Shown in pieces: positions 41,271 through 54,827 of a stretch of 64,000 bases of DNA. Each line of letters opens with the position of its first letter. Position 1 is the stretch's first letter. Source of the stretch: Octopus sinensis (lineage: Eukaryota); the NCBI RefSeq assembly GCF_006345805.1, contig NC_042997.1, forward strand, positions 122,760,001 through 122,824,000, read 5' to 3'. The position numbers and the translations under genes are program-made. Below the pieces are notes generated by a model that was given only the letters and a program-made list of their open reading frames with translations, had not been told where the DNA came from and searched no databases.

Positions 41271-41631
41271 TCTTTTATTCTTTTTTCTTTTACTTCTTTC
41301 AGTTATTCGACTGCGGTCATGCTGGATCACTGCTTTTAGACGAACAAATGGATCCCAGGACATATTCTTTGTAAGACTAGCACTTATTCCATCGTTCACT
41401 TTTGCCCAACCGCTAAGTTACGGGGGCGTAAACACACAAACATATGTATATATATATATATATATATACGACAGACTTCTTTCAGTTTCCGTTTGCCAAA
41501 TCTATTCAGATGTCATTGGTCGGCCCGAAGTTGCAGTAGGATACACTGTCATAGGTGGCTCGCAGTGGGACTGAACCTAGAACCATGTGATTCGGAAGGA
41601 CGCTTCTTACCACACAATGACGCCTACGCCT
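41270..41631 (-). mobile_element. near full-length decayed SINE-A
   Basis: Reverse complement of SINE-A head (gggactgaacc) and tail (ttcagttattcgactgcggtcatgctgg). Confidence 0.85.
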
Positions 41632-43433
41632 ATAAATATATATCTATAAAATATATGTGTGATTATATGTGTGTGTGCGTGTGTGTACGTGTGTATGAAC
41701 ATATAAATCTTTCTTCCTTCCGGAAAATAAAGATATATATGACCTAATTATGAGTTTGACCGAATCAGCATAATTAAATGTTATACCATCGAATGTGTAT
41801 AAATTAACTGGAATCTCAATATCTGCATTATTTCAATGCAACTGTGGTTTGTAATTACTTCCCTTTTCCATTTTCCAAATTTGCAGCAGAAAACAATTTT
41901 AAATTGAAACTAGGATTTATGATATAGTTAACTATTTGGTACGTTGTTTTTGGATGTGTATTATATGTGATTACGCGTCCGAAGCATATCTCCCTCTGCA
42001 TGTTTATATATTTATCGGGATAATGTAAGTATCCTTATATAACCATAATCGAAGTTTCTGGTGTCTCTCTATGACAGAATATTTTTATATAGAGGAATAT
42101 GTGTGATAGGGCACATGGAATTTTTGCGGTGTTAAACATTGAGAGAAGGAAAATACGATGAAGGGAAGGAGTTGTATTGAACAAAATGTGTCTTACTTGA
42201 TTAAGTATGACGTATGTGGACGGTCCATTTTGTATAGCCTTATTCACAAACATTTACATGATAATGACAGAACCAGGCTTTCAATCGACATATATCATCC
42301 ATGTATTTGATAGATATAACACAGTTATCTAAAAGGAATACTCTGGAAAACTCATTTTATTTATTGTCGGAATTAATTTCAAGACTGCGGTGAAAAATAG
42401 CTCAATGCACAGGAATATCAAAGAGCATGAACGTGGTCGGGATGAATACATATATACTTTCAATATATTTTAGTCTTTCAGTGTTATAGACTTAACTAGC
42501 AGGCAATGAAGTGGCCCTGAAGGGATCTCCTATAAGCCTCTCATAGATTGTTACCGGTTAGGCATGAGTTCCTGGGTTTTTTTTCTGAAGTAGTAGTGGT
42601 TTTTCTGAAGTAATATGTGTTATACCATTTGTTGTATTTCAGAATGGGTACATATTCCCCGGAAAAGAGAATGAGTTTTTTTGTTCGATGGAAAACGAGA
42701 TAAGTGCACATAACCACTGAAATGTCACGTGCAGAAAGATAAAAAAAAGAAAGAAAGGACATGCAGACAGGCACGCTTACATGCTCAAAGAACATATCGT
42801 ACAGTTCAATACATCGTGACAGACATGGAGCAGTGAGGACACGATGTTGATGAGGCTGCGCATGACGGAAAACAGTATTTCAGAAGCTATTTGTTTTATT
42901 GAAGAAATGGGTAGTCAAGGAATCGATTTAAAATTTGGTTAATTTGTTAACTATGCGATAAGTAATAACATTAAGAAATGAAGGACTTCTGGTAGCCGTG
43001 CTTTGATTGGCAATGTTACTCTCCAAATAGGCATCATTTTCTATGCAAAATTCTCACAAGAATAATTTTCAAAGCAAATACAAAAAAGTATACACAAACA
43101 TGTATACTAACAAGCAGATGAGCACTCACACGTATACACTAACACGCATTCACACAAGCTTCAAAATACACACATATATTCACACATGCATTCAGTACTT
43201 TTAAAGGTTTAACCATCTATTTAATCACCATTACAGAACCCCCAAATTGTCTGTAGACTGCATGCTAGGATCATCCATTAAGTTAAAGGGGAAAACTGTA
43301 TTTTACAGACAAAGGAAAAAGCTTGCAGTTGAGGGAACGTAAATTGAATTCGTTGTATTTATGATTCTATTCCAAAACCTGAGAGGAATATCACCAAATG
43401 TAATATCCATTCATTACACCTAATAGAACTCAA

Positions 43434-43638
43434 GAAACGTTAGCACGCCAGGTGAAATACTTAGCAGTATTTCGTCTGTATTTACGTACTGAGTTCAAAT
43501 TCCGCCGAGGTCGACTTTACCTTTTATTCTTTCGTGGTCGATAAAATACGCACCAGTTACGCACTGGGATCGATGCAATCGACTTAATCCCTTTGTTTGT
43601 CCCCTCCGTATTTAGCCCCTTGTGGGCAATAAAGAAAT
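43434..43638 (+). mobile_element. SINE-B copy
   Basis: gaaacgttagcacgcc...gagttcaaattccgccgaggtcgac...tagccccttgtgggcaataaagaaat. Confidence 0.9.
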
Positions 43639-44614
43639 GAATTTGCATAAATATTTGTGCATATCACTCTCTTTTTAATATATGTTCATCTCTTCATATT
43701 TCTCTTATATTTTTCTTGTATAATAATCAGCATTATAATCTATAGAGTCACAAATAAAAACAAACACCTACAGATATATTCATAAAATATAAATTTGACA
43801 AATATTGGATTCAAACAATGTTTTACTCATTCATGCTGCCTTCGTCTCCTGCCTTGATAAAATTTTCTTTCTAAAACTTATCGCTACCAACTATATGATC
43901 TAGTTTTCTAACTTTCGTCATATGAATTAAGGTGCCATTAAAAGCAAACTATTTTACGAAGTAGATTTAGTTTCAGGTGATAGGCTGTAAGTTGCAAACG
44001 TATATAATATACGAACGAAATTTTAATTTATCTATGAATCAAGGACAGGCAGTGAAAGAATGTTGACTGTCAACAAAATCTTAGTTTAGTAAATTTAATT
44101 ACAAATTTATTAAAAATAATATTGCAGTTTTAAACCGACAGCGATCATTCTATTACAACAAAGTTAACACGCGCAATTGGTGTTGAATTAAGCGCAGTAG
44201 TTAAATTGTAATCCAGCTCAAAGCAAACGTAAAAAAATAGTAAAGTAATTTCCTGAATGTGAAAGACACCCATTTATAAAATATTTCAACAGTTAAAGGA
44301 AAAAGGAAGAGCATTATATAGCACATGAAACTAAAGTAGCTGGCAGAGGCATATGGTAATGTCCAGAAGCTGATTTTAAATAATCAGCTTATCCATGTAA
44401 AATGCTTTAAAATGTTAATACTTATATTCAGCATCAACACCGTTTTCTTTATTTCAGCTTAAAATTTTTTTAATGAATACGAGTGAAATAAAAGTGCCTA
44501 GAATTTTAGTAATATAACAATTAATATTATAATACAGTTCTATATTCAAGAGATGTGGAATTATGCACATTATTTACATTCCACGGATATTTGTTCTCAT
44601 CTTGTTTGTTGTAA

Positions 44615-44658
44615 ACACAACGTTGCATCTGATATACCCTCCGGCCTTCATCAGGTGT
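44615..44658 (-). ncRNA. decayed minimal hammerhead candidate
   Basis: acac-CTGATGA-aggccgg...cagat-GCAAC-GTT-gtgt; stem I intact, GAAA mutated. Confidence 0.4.
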
Positions 44659-45314
44659 CTTGGTGAAATTTCGAACCTGGATTCTCATTCCTAAGGTATT
44701 TTTCGATGTTATAAAAAAACATTTTTTACTTAAATGTTTTTTTCCTTAAATGTTTATTCCTTGAGTTCTTATTCCTTAGATTTTAATTTTTTTTTATTCC
44801 TTAAATTTTTAATATTCAGTTATTTTTAATATTCACCAGATTATCCTCGCAATTCTGGCTAATTATTCTTGAGATTGCTCCAATCTGGCCAGCCCCAAGT
44901 AAAAACTAAGCTAAGAGCATTAGATTCTTTGGAAAAAAGCAGCCAATGTATACAAAAACAAGGACGGAAAAAACAAAGTTACACAAATATAAATACAATA
45001 ACAAATACCATAAAAAATAATAATAGTAATAACAACAAGTGTCTTTCAACTAAGGATGAATTGAATTAAGCTGGCGCATGTGGAAATGTAGCCTTGCGGC
45101 AGAGATAGAAGTAGAAGCAGAGGGAGAGAAGAATTAAGGAGTGGCGTGAAAAAAGGACAGGGACACAGTGAAGTGAAAAGTGGAGGAAAAGTGAGTAAGA
45201 ATAGAAGGCATCCGGATATATATTATATTAGGGGAAACGAAACAACAAAGACCAAGGCAGGGCGGGTATCTAAAGTTATTTAGAATAATTTAATTTGAGT
45301 AAGGTCAATTTCAT

Positions 45315-45390
45315 GTCTTACAGCTGTTTTGGGGATGTCTCTAGTGAAAGGGTAGTATGTCCGCACACTGGGCATTCCCTCGTCAGAAAC
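45315..45390 (-). ncRNA. hammerhead candidate with long stem II and a single core change (G12 to A)
   Basis: gttt-CTGACGA-gggaatg...catcccc-AAA-ACAGCTGT-A-agac. Confidence 0.55.
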
Positions 45391-45793
45391 TTTGTGAGAG
45401 TATATACAATTTACAGTTTATGTGGAATAAAATATAAGCATAAAGAGTAAACTGTAGATAGAAGAATACACCCAGGAGAATAAACAATAAAAAAAAGAAT
45501 AATGTGTAAAAATATATAGAAAAGGAGAATAAAGACCACAGCTCATCTTTCTCCAGAATATATGTATATGTGTGTGTGTGTCTTTTAATTTCTAATTGCC
45601 TTAGTCATTAAATTAAGGCAATTATAGGGCAACGAATTCAAGAATATTTAATCGGATGAATCAATCCCAATAATTTATATTTGGTAAGGCCGATGCATAT
45701 TCAAACTACGTCTTTTGCCGAATCGCTAAGTCACAAGGAATTAAGCACATACACACAAATGCAATGGTACACGCGGAAATACACACATATATT

Positions 45794-45892
<99 letters not shown>

Positions 45893-45976
45893 GTATATAT
45901 TACTCTACTTCTGGTATGTGAGTACTCTTTTTTCCACCTAGTTTCATATTTTTGTGCTTACTCCGGTAAATATATG

Positions 45977-46029
<53 letters not shown>

Positions 46030-46824
46030 GGGCTTCCTTCAGTTTCCGTCTCCAAAGCACCCTCACAAGCTTTGTTCGGCTCGAGACTACAGTAGATAAC
46101 ACTTGCCCAATATATATCTACTGTATAAACATCATGTAAAAATCCTACATGATAAATTTTATTTTAGTTTCATTTTACTTGAAGAAAAGTTTTTTTACAG
46201 GATTCAATTAATTTCCTTATCAATAAAAACACCTCCTGAAGCAGCTGTAGTGAACCCCAGCCCATTTGTAGGGTTATTGATACTACACCATACTTGAGAT
46301 CTTCCTTGCGTTGGATCTTGGGCATACGTGCACTGTATGCCGAAGTACAATCTTGTATGATTTTATGTATACGCTTCGTTCATTTGGTCTGTACATGTTG
46401 GTAAATGTGTAACTGGAAAGACACATCCCTGTATACTTTACTGAGTACGAGAGAGTCAGCACACGGTGTTGATACACTGTTATAATGTCCTCAACTCTAC
46501 CTAGCTGCGTTTGTTATAAGATATCTCCATTCTGTTTGTCCCCGAAAACAATTTGTATGTGTGTGGGCGCACATGTGTATTAAGTATGCGTGCGCGCGTT
46601 CATTTGAGTACTTTGCTAGAAATAATTATCCTTCATTATCCACAATAAACTTTAGCAGTTTCGAAGTCGTATATCCTGCCTCGAATGAGATTTCTGCTTC
46701 ATTAATTGCTGAGGAACAATACGAATAATCGTAACACTGCGGGCCCGAAAGGGAATTTCAGGACTGTATTTTTATTCGACACCAAATAGATGGGTCTTCA
46801 TTGTTATTATTGTTATTAATATTC

Positions 46825-46867
46825 TTGTTGTTGTTGTTGTTTGTTGTTGTTGTTTTTGTTTTTGTTT

Positions 46868-46912
<45 letters not shown>

Positions 46913-46913
46913 G
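46825..46913. repeat. (GTT)n microsatellite
   Basis: Direct reading. Confidence 0.95.
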
Positions 46914-48130
46914 TGATTACAGTGTTATCTAAACAATGATATTAGCAATGTGTTGTGCTCTACGAAGAATTGCTTCCATTAATAACAAATGTTACTTTGT
47001 AAATATTCTGTATAATATCGATGTGTACTTTACTGATTGTCCTAGATTTGCAATTTACTTCATCATATGATGTATCGTAATTCCTTCCTATCATTTTATG
47101 TGCATAGTGTGCTTACAGGAAGTGATAGACTTTTATAGTCAATAGAACAACTGAAGTCGTGAAGCTTACAAGCTTCACATATGAAAATATATCTCTAAAT
47201 CGCAGCGTTGATTAATGGCTTTTCTGCGCACTTACCGGTTTCTAGATAAGAATTAATAAAAGGCTCTTTTTTTCACTTTCAATTTTAGTATTTCTCTCCT
47301 GTATTATTAGTATTAGAACATAGTTTGTTTGGTGATTAACGATGAAGTGAAGACTCATAGACCAGCAGAACGCTAGAATAAATATATATCGAATTTACTA
47401 ATCGCACATAAATATAGAACATTGCTGGAATGATGATAAATAAACTAAAATGATAAACGGAGTTTGGTAGAGATATATAAGAATAACAAGCTATTCATGA
47501 AAACTGCACTCAATATTCGTAATTGAAAGTAAGAAACTACATGTCTCCTTGCGCACATCGGCAAGTTCATAAACATGTTCTTAACAGTCTGGGGCGGGAG
47601 AACACTCTCCAAAATGACGGTCTAGATTCCGACATCTAGGGGTTCTTAATGAATGATCCAAAATACCTGATGGAGATTTACATTAGCTTGAAAATAATGC
47701 GTGAATCGCTTGTGACACATGTGTCGATTAAGTGCGAACATGTGCTACGTATTTGCGCCATCCCTTTGATACTGAGATTCACCACTGCACCTAACGCTTC
47801 GACGTTTACAGTGGTTTCCACTTGAAGCCATTTGAAAAGACGGAAGATGATATGCCCTATCTGTATGTTATTTACAGCCATCAATATTGTACATCATAAC
47901 GCGCACATCCTTATGCAACATATAGAGCCGCAAGTTCATTTTTCTACTTAGGTTGAAGTTCATATCGCAGAAAATGAAATCCTGGCAGATTTCCGCAGAG
48001 ACTTATTCAGCAAGCACTTCCACTAATTGAAGGTATCCTCGATGATTTGTTGTGTTATACAAGGACTGCTCTATATCCATCATGTGAAAATGAAACTTAT
48101 ACTAATGCTCTGTAGAACATGTTTATATAT

Positions 48131-48187
<57 letters not shown>

Positions 48188-48451
48188 TTCCAGAAATCAC
48201 ATGTTTATTACGATCATTATCTGTATAGCGGACTGTACTGAATACAATACAGTCCGCTATATTCGTGGATCATAGATCACGAGTTCATTTCTTCGGGCGA
48301 TACTATATTTAGCCTACTTTAAATCGGCATAGGTCGGTACAACATTATAAAACAGTCATTACAATTTAATACCATTAGGTTGTAGCTGACATGATCAAAT
48401 AGGTGTTTTACATTCCCACTCAAAAACGTTTCCTATAAACGAACTTAATGA

Positions 48452-48486
<35 letters not shown>

Positions 48487-48945
48487 TGTATGTATGTATG
48501 TATGTATGTATGTATGCATGTATACCATCATGCACACTCCAACTCCCACACGAACACATGATACCTAAACGGAGATAATGTATATACATACATACACACA
48601 CACGCAATACCCATAGACAGGCAGCACACATAGACAAAGATAACATTCGCCCACATACATACGCAATACGTACAGACACTATTTAGTCACAGAGGCACAC
48701 ACACACACACACAAACAGGTCAAACTCTATCGTCCCCATTCCTACATACAGACGTACGCCCTGACACATTCCATTCTCTCATACACCCATACGCTTACGC
48801 ACCTCCTCTTTTTGGTATATCATGAATTATCTTCCCGTCATTCAATATCTCTCACTATTATCTCCCTTTCATTCAACCTCTAACGTACCAGCAAAGTGGA
48901 TGTTTTAGACAATCCTTTGAAGGAATTCCTTTACATAGTTTGTTA

Positions 48946-48995
<50 letters not shown>

Positions 48996-49523
48996 AGCGT
49001 GTGTGTGTATGTGTGTAGACAATAATGCAAATAACAAGATTTTTGAGCTTGATTTATTAAATATACATACATATACGCGCACTTATACACATGTATGTAT
49101 GTATGCTTGTATGTAAGTTTCTAAACATTTCGCCGACCACAATTCCTGCGATGGTCGTAGTGGGAGTTTTCTCAGATACTACCTCATTTAATTTCCATGG
49201 CTGAATGACGGAACATCAAATTTTCCATGTATAATGAAACATATTCGTTGCCGAACGGAAAGTGATTTGGAGGTAAATGACGTGTGGTGGTGGTGGTGGT
49301 GGGGGGAGAAAATGGGGAAAAGAACTAAGTGTATTTAATGAAGAAGGTGAAACTCACGGTGTGGAGAAAGAGAAATAAAAGTAGAAATAGAAAAGTTAAA
49401 GATTGGAAGTGTTAAAGAAGAAAGTATGGAAGGAATAAAACGAAAAGTTTTATAAACGAGGAGTTATTAGGAGTGAAGAAAAGAGGGAGGAGGACGAGAA
49501 TGGAGGGACGACGACGACGAAGG

Positions 49524-49661
49524 AGAAGAAGAAGAAGAAGAAGAGAAGAAGAAGAAGAAGAAGAAGAAGAAGAAGAAGAAGAAGAAGGAGAAGAAAAAGA
49601 AGAAGAAGAAGAAGAAGAAGAAGAAGAAGAAGAAGAAGAAGAAGAAGAAGAAGAAGAAGAA
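49524..49661. repeat. (GAA)n polypurine tract
   Basis: Direct reading. Confidence 0.95.
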
Positions 49662-51346
49662 GCTCTTATTCGCAAGGTTGTCATAAATATTTAAGTCGAA
49701 TCACTTCAAATTCGAGACGCCTCCATAATTGAAAATGCCGGAATAGTGATTATATTGTGTATGCTGTATGAAAGTCATTTGTTTTTGCATGCTAGAACAA
49801 TATTTAATATTAATAGTATTCAAATATGTGAAAATATTCATAGCTCTAGGATAAGGTTTGGACTTCAGACTAAATTCTGACAAAGCTGATGCCTTCTACG
49901 ATTTGATATGCTTTTAATATTCATTAAATATTAGAAAATGTTTAATGTTCTCATGTTTTATTTAAATAATACTAGTTAAACAGATACAGCATTAGGACGA
50001 AGAGTAGGGAAGTGATTTTCTTTATAAATACTGGTTGGTACTTTAAGTTACAAACAATTAAATGAATATAGTTTTAGCAAGGTAAGTCTGGCAACAATAT
50101 CAAACGTCTTTGAATTAATTACGAAGCATATACAGTCTAGGCTCTAAGTCTACAATGTGCTTCAAGGTTAAATGTTTTTGAATGATATATATTTATAGCC
50201 ATACCAACATATATATATATATATATTATATATATATATAATATATTTATATTATAATTAAATTAGCGATAAAAACACTATTAGGGAAATCAAACAATGA
50301 AACTTAAGCCAATACATAAAATTAATTAATTTATATTATTTTAAATATATATCAAAATTATTAAAAGTTTAATAAAAGATATACGCATATACACATATGC
50401 GTATAAGTGCAGATACATATATCTGCATTTATATGAGTGCATATGTAACGGCATGTATACATACATATATATATATTATATATATATATAATATATATCT
50501 ATATATATATATATAATTGATTTAGCCACATATATTATAACGTATTATCATATATAATAATATTATTAAAAATCGTTATAATATCTTATTGTATGCTTAT
50601 ATATATGCATATATATACATATATGTACATATATGTATGCTGTGGAAACTATGACTGCATTAAGTTAAAGAAGTAAGCCTTTTTTTGCAGTAATCGTGCA
50701 TGTTTACAGAATACATTCACAAGAAAATTAATAGCTTTTTCCTATTGATTCTGATTCGTAGCTTTCTTCGGTCACGCAGAATGTGAAGTCATATATATAT
50801 CACTTACTTCATCAGATAATATGTATACAAATACTACTTCTGAGAATCAACCCATAAATTAGTCAACTTCAAATAGTAAAGGTCCATATCAACCGATCTC
50901 AAACAAGGTTTCACTGAAGTTTTGCAATTGCTACTCAGATGCACTAAGAATTTTTCTTTGATGGTTCCTCTGCATTTCTCTCATTTTAGGTACGAACACC
51001 ACGAATGTCCTAGGTCTTGAATTGTATTTAAATATAGACAATATTAGAGATGACGATGTAGATCACTTTTTTGCTAAAATTAGACCTAAATCAGACTTAC
51101 CAGTAAATCTGTGTTCTCAAATAAGTAAGACTTCGGATGTTTACGAGCTAGACAAATGAAAGGAAATAAAGTATTTAATTACATACCTTAAGGTTTCGAC
51201 ATGAACAATTCAATAAGTGGCTGTGTCTCCACAAATTTAGTGGAAAGACGGTTTAACGTCTATTTTTAGCGTACAAGAGATCTACATAGTGGTCTCTCAT
51301 ATTGTTTATTGTTTATACATATATTCATACATACATACGTACCACG

Positions 51347-51385
<39 letters not shown>

Positions 51386-51394
51386 TATATATTA

Positions 51395-51434
<40 letters not shown>

Positions 51435-51601
51435 TATATAATAAGGATAAGACCGCTAATTTAAAATCATTTCATCACTGTATTTACTGTGGCGATATTT
51501 TGAACTGGCCATGGTGCATACATGCATATATATGGAGGTATACGTTCGTATATGTAAGTATTTGTATGTTGTATATATATTATATATATATATAGACAAT
51601 T

Positions 51602-51647
<46 letters not shown>

Positions 51648-51837
51648 ATTAGACAATTAAATCATATTATTGTCGTGGACAGGAAGCGTGAAAGCCGTGA
51701 TTTGCTGTGAATAGATTCTTGAACAAGGGAGAGAATTATTTTTGCAAAATTGTGTACTAGCAAGTTTAATTGAAGGGAGACGGAAATTTGTGTTGAATCA
51801 TTTACATTGCTAATTCAGGTATGTTGTATATATATAT

Positions 51838-51886
<49 letters not shown>

Positions 51887-51907
51887 TCATGTTTCTCTTC
51901 TGTGTGT

Positions 51908-51966
51908 ATTCTACTGACGAGGCAAAGCATTCCTAAATGCTAATTCAGAAATCTTGGATCTAGAAT
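51908..51966 (+). ncRNA. type I hammerhead candidate with AUC triplet
   Basis: attcta-CTGACGA-...agcatt/aatgct...-GAA-ATC(ttg)GAT-C-tagaat; base of stem II poorly paired. Confidence 0.45.
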
Positions 51967-52577
51967 TATCCAATAATTTTTACTAGTTTCATCTTGTCTC
52001 TTTGTTTTCTTTCCGTGTTGATATATGGACAATTAGATTATTTTAGAGCCAGATCATTGCGTCAAACAATGGTTCTGTGGCGTGTTTTATTACACATTAA
52101 TCTTGAAATCTTTATAACTGTTTAGTGTTGATCTGGCATATCTACACTTCGTTGCGATTCCATTCATCTTGTAGTTGCGGAATAGTATCTAGCTTTATTT
52201 TTTTCTCAAGAGGAATAAAGAAATATTTATAACATGGCAATCGTTTGTTTATTTAATGCACATGCCGTTCATGTTTTCATCTCATCACCACCTATTTGCC
52301 TGCGTTACAGTATTTATGCATAAAGATTTATTTACAGAATTCAATCTAAGTCCCATTTCGTATAATTTTTCAAGATTGAATATCTAATGTTATTTCCGTG
52401 TAGAAAATGATCTTTCTCAATATTTATAGATATTAATTTCGGAAAGGCTACTTTTGGATTTTCTGATGTACAATGAACAGCGTCACATTTTTATATTTAT
52501 TATATTATGGTTAATTAGTCACTTACATATTAACAAACTTGTATGATATATACGTATACATGTATATATATTATATA

Positions 52578-52621
<44 letters not shown>

Positions 52622-53177
52622 TATAATATATATTATATATATATTTATATAATATATATATATTATATATATATATATATATATACAAATATAATATAAG
52701 AGAGTGGTCACTATGTGGTCCACATATTATATTTGTTTATGTATAAAAGTGATAATAATCCAGGTTTCTGTATGCACTGGGCCACTCGGTGTTGAATAGC
52801 GTTACTATTAAATTAGTATCTAATTCTATGTATGTGTGTGTGTGTGCGCGCATATATATGCCTATGTGCGAATGTGTTTGCATATATGCACACAAACACA
52901 CACACACACATACACGCACAGAAATATATGCATAGAGTGTTTGAAGTGATTAGAGATATATATTAAGAAAAGAGAGGCAGTCAGAATTTTGGATAATTCT
53001 TTATTAGCACTTTCTTGAAGAGTTCGGTTAAGCGAATGAAGGCACTAATATAGAATTAGGAAAATCATTGGCTGTCTTTTGTATGTATATATATATATAT
53101 ATATATAGAATGTCCGAATTGGTGTACATATGCATATACATACACATACATATATATGTATATATATATATATAAAT

Positions 53178-53210
<33 letters not shown>

Positions 53211-53817
53211 AATAATATATATATATTATGTATATACAATATATATATTATATATATATATATACAAAAAGCAATAAAGATTCAAGTTAATTTAAATGAA
53301 TTTACTTGAATATGGTACCTAACTTAGATGCACCAAAAAAAAAAAAACTATACTGTTTTAACAATATAGTAATGTGGGGGTAGCCTAATGAGTGTGCGTG
53401 CGTGAGTGAGTGCTTGTGCTCAAGTAGAAATATAAAAGGGACTAGCTGTCGTAGCCAAGATGCTTGTGACCAGCGGTCAAAGATAACAAAAGTAATAAAT
53501 GAAGATAATAAAATTAAAATTAGGGAATGGGTTTGTATTTGTAGGTATATGTGTGTATGTGTAGGTATGAATAGGTACACATATGTATGTATATGTATAT
53601 GTATATATATGTATATATACATATATGTGTATATGTATATATGAGTATATAGGGACTTGTGTGTTGTGTGTGCATGTGTGTATGTGGATTTGTGTGTGTA
53701 TGTGTGTATGTGTATGTGTTTGTATGTATATATTTTTTGTGTGTATGTGTATGTGTGGTCGTGTGTGTGTATATATACATGTGTGTGTGTATATGTATAT
53801 GCATGTATATGTGTATG

Positions 53818-53871
<54 letters not shown>

Positions 53872-54200
53872 TATGTATGTGTGTATATATTATATATATA
53901 TGGGTGTGTGTGTATGTATGTGTGTATGTATATGTGTGTGTGTGTGTATATATGTATACAGATGTGTATAGGTATAAGTGAGAATTTCCTTATTTACCTA
54001 AAACTCTATTCTTCTATATATTTTTTTATTCTCTCTTCTTTTTATTCTTTTATTTATTCTTCTATCTAATTTACCACTGACTCCTTGACCACTCCCCCAA
54101 GTATGATTTTTTTGCGCTATGTCTACCCCCAAAATGTCCCCCACCACCACCCCTTTAAACCTGCCTAAATGTATAAATGCCAATACAATTCTTGTTAACT

Positions 54201-54251
54201 AGCTTCCTGAAGATTTCTCTTGAATGAAACAGTTCTAGTCCTGTAGAAGCT
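54201..54251 (+). ncRNA. type I hammerhead ribozyme (HHR-B), predicted cut after 54245
   Basis: agcttc-CTGAAGA-t.ttc(tctt)gaa.t-GAA-ACAG(ttctagtc)CTGT-A-gaagct. Confidence 0.75.
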
Positions 54252-54337
54252 CCTTCTATATAATAAATTAATTTTACTCTGCTATGTATTGAGTACCTTA
54301 TTTACTGTGGTTAACCCCGAATCAACCCGGGACCCCA

Positions 54338-54375
<38 letters not shown>

Positions 54376-54403
54376 GCGAGAAAGAAGCACAAGATGGATA
54401 GGT

Positions 54404-54494
54404 TTTTAGTACAATCGTTTCATACAAGGACAGGCTTTATTAAAAGTTGTAAAAATTACAGCATATAAACGTGTCCCGTACTCATCAGCTAAAA
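54404..54494 (-). ncRNA. type I hammerhead ribozyme with extended stem II (HHR-C), predicted cut between 54410 and 54409
   Basis: ttttag-CTGATGA-gtacgggaca...tgtccttgtat-GAA-ACGATTGT-A-ctaaaa. Confidence 0.8.
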
Positions 54495-54827
54495 TACATG
54501 TGAGTTCTCTAGACATCCTAGTGGTTGAGGCTATACTCATGAAGTAATGTAGATAATTAAGTAACATAAACAGTTCTTTAAAGATGATGTACAGTCTTAT
54601 CACAGAATTTTAAAAAAGTTCTAATAGCATCACAGAGAAGGTGACCTAATCCATAGAGCACATATGAATTTCCAGAGATATGATGAGGGATTACATACTC
54701 ACAGAAGACAAATTTATCCATTGTTAATCACAACGAGGTGGGTCTCAATTTGACTACAGGTAAAATCTTAGAAGATCATTTACAAGGTGTTAGGGGATTG
54801 TCTATCATAATGAAGATAATCATATTA

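Larger units (their letters stand above)
53385..54750. repeat. left arm of a large inverted duplication (B 53385-54335, (TA)n, C 54374-54750)
   Basis: Reverse complement of 59283-60197 (B) and 58762-59159 (C). Confidence 0.95.

Noticed and set aside
48224-48261. 14-bp perfect hairpin tatagcggactgta/tacagtccgctata
   Set aside because: Probably two abutting transposon ends; no further support for a function
49473-49694. Poly-Glu/Arg ORF
   Set aside because: Translation of (GAA)n
50770-50820. Minus-strand CTGATGA...GAAAGCTA
   Set aside because: Stems I and II do not pair
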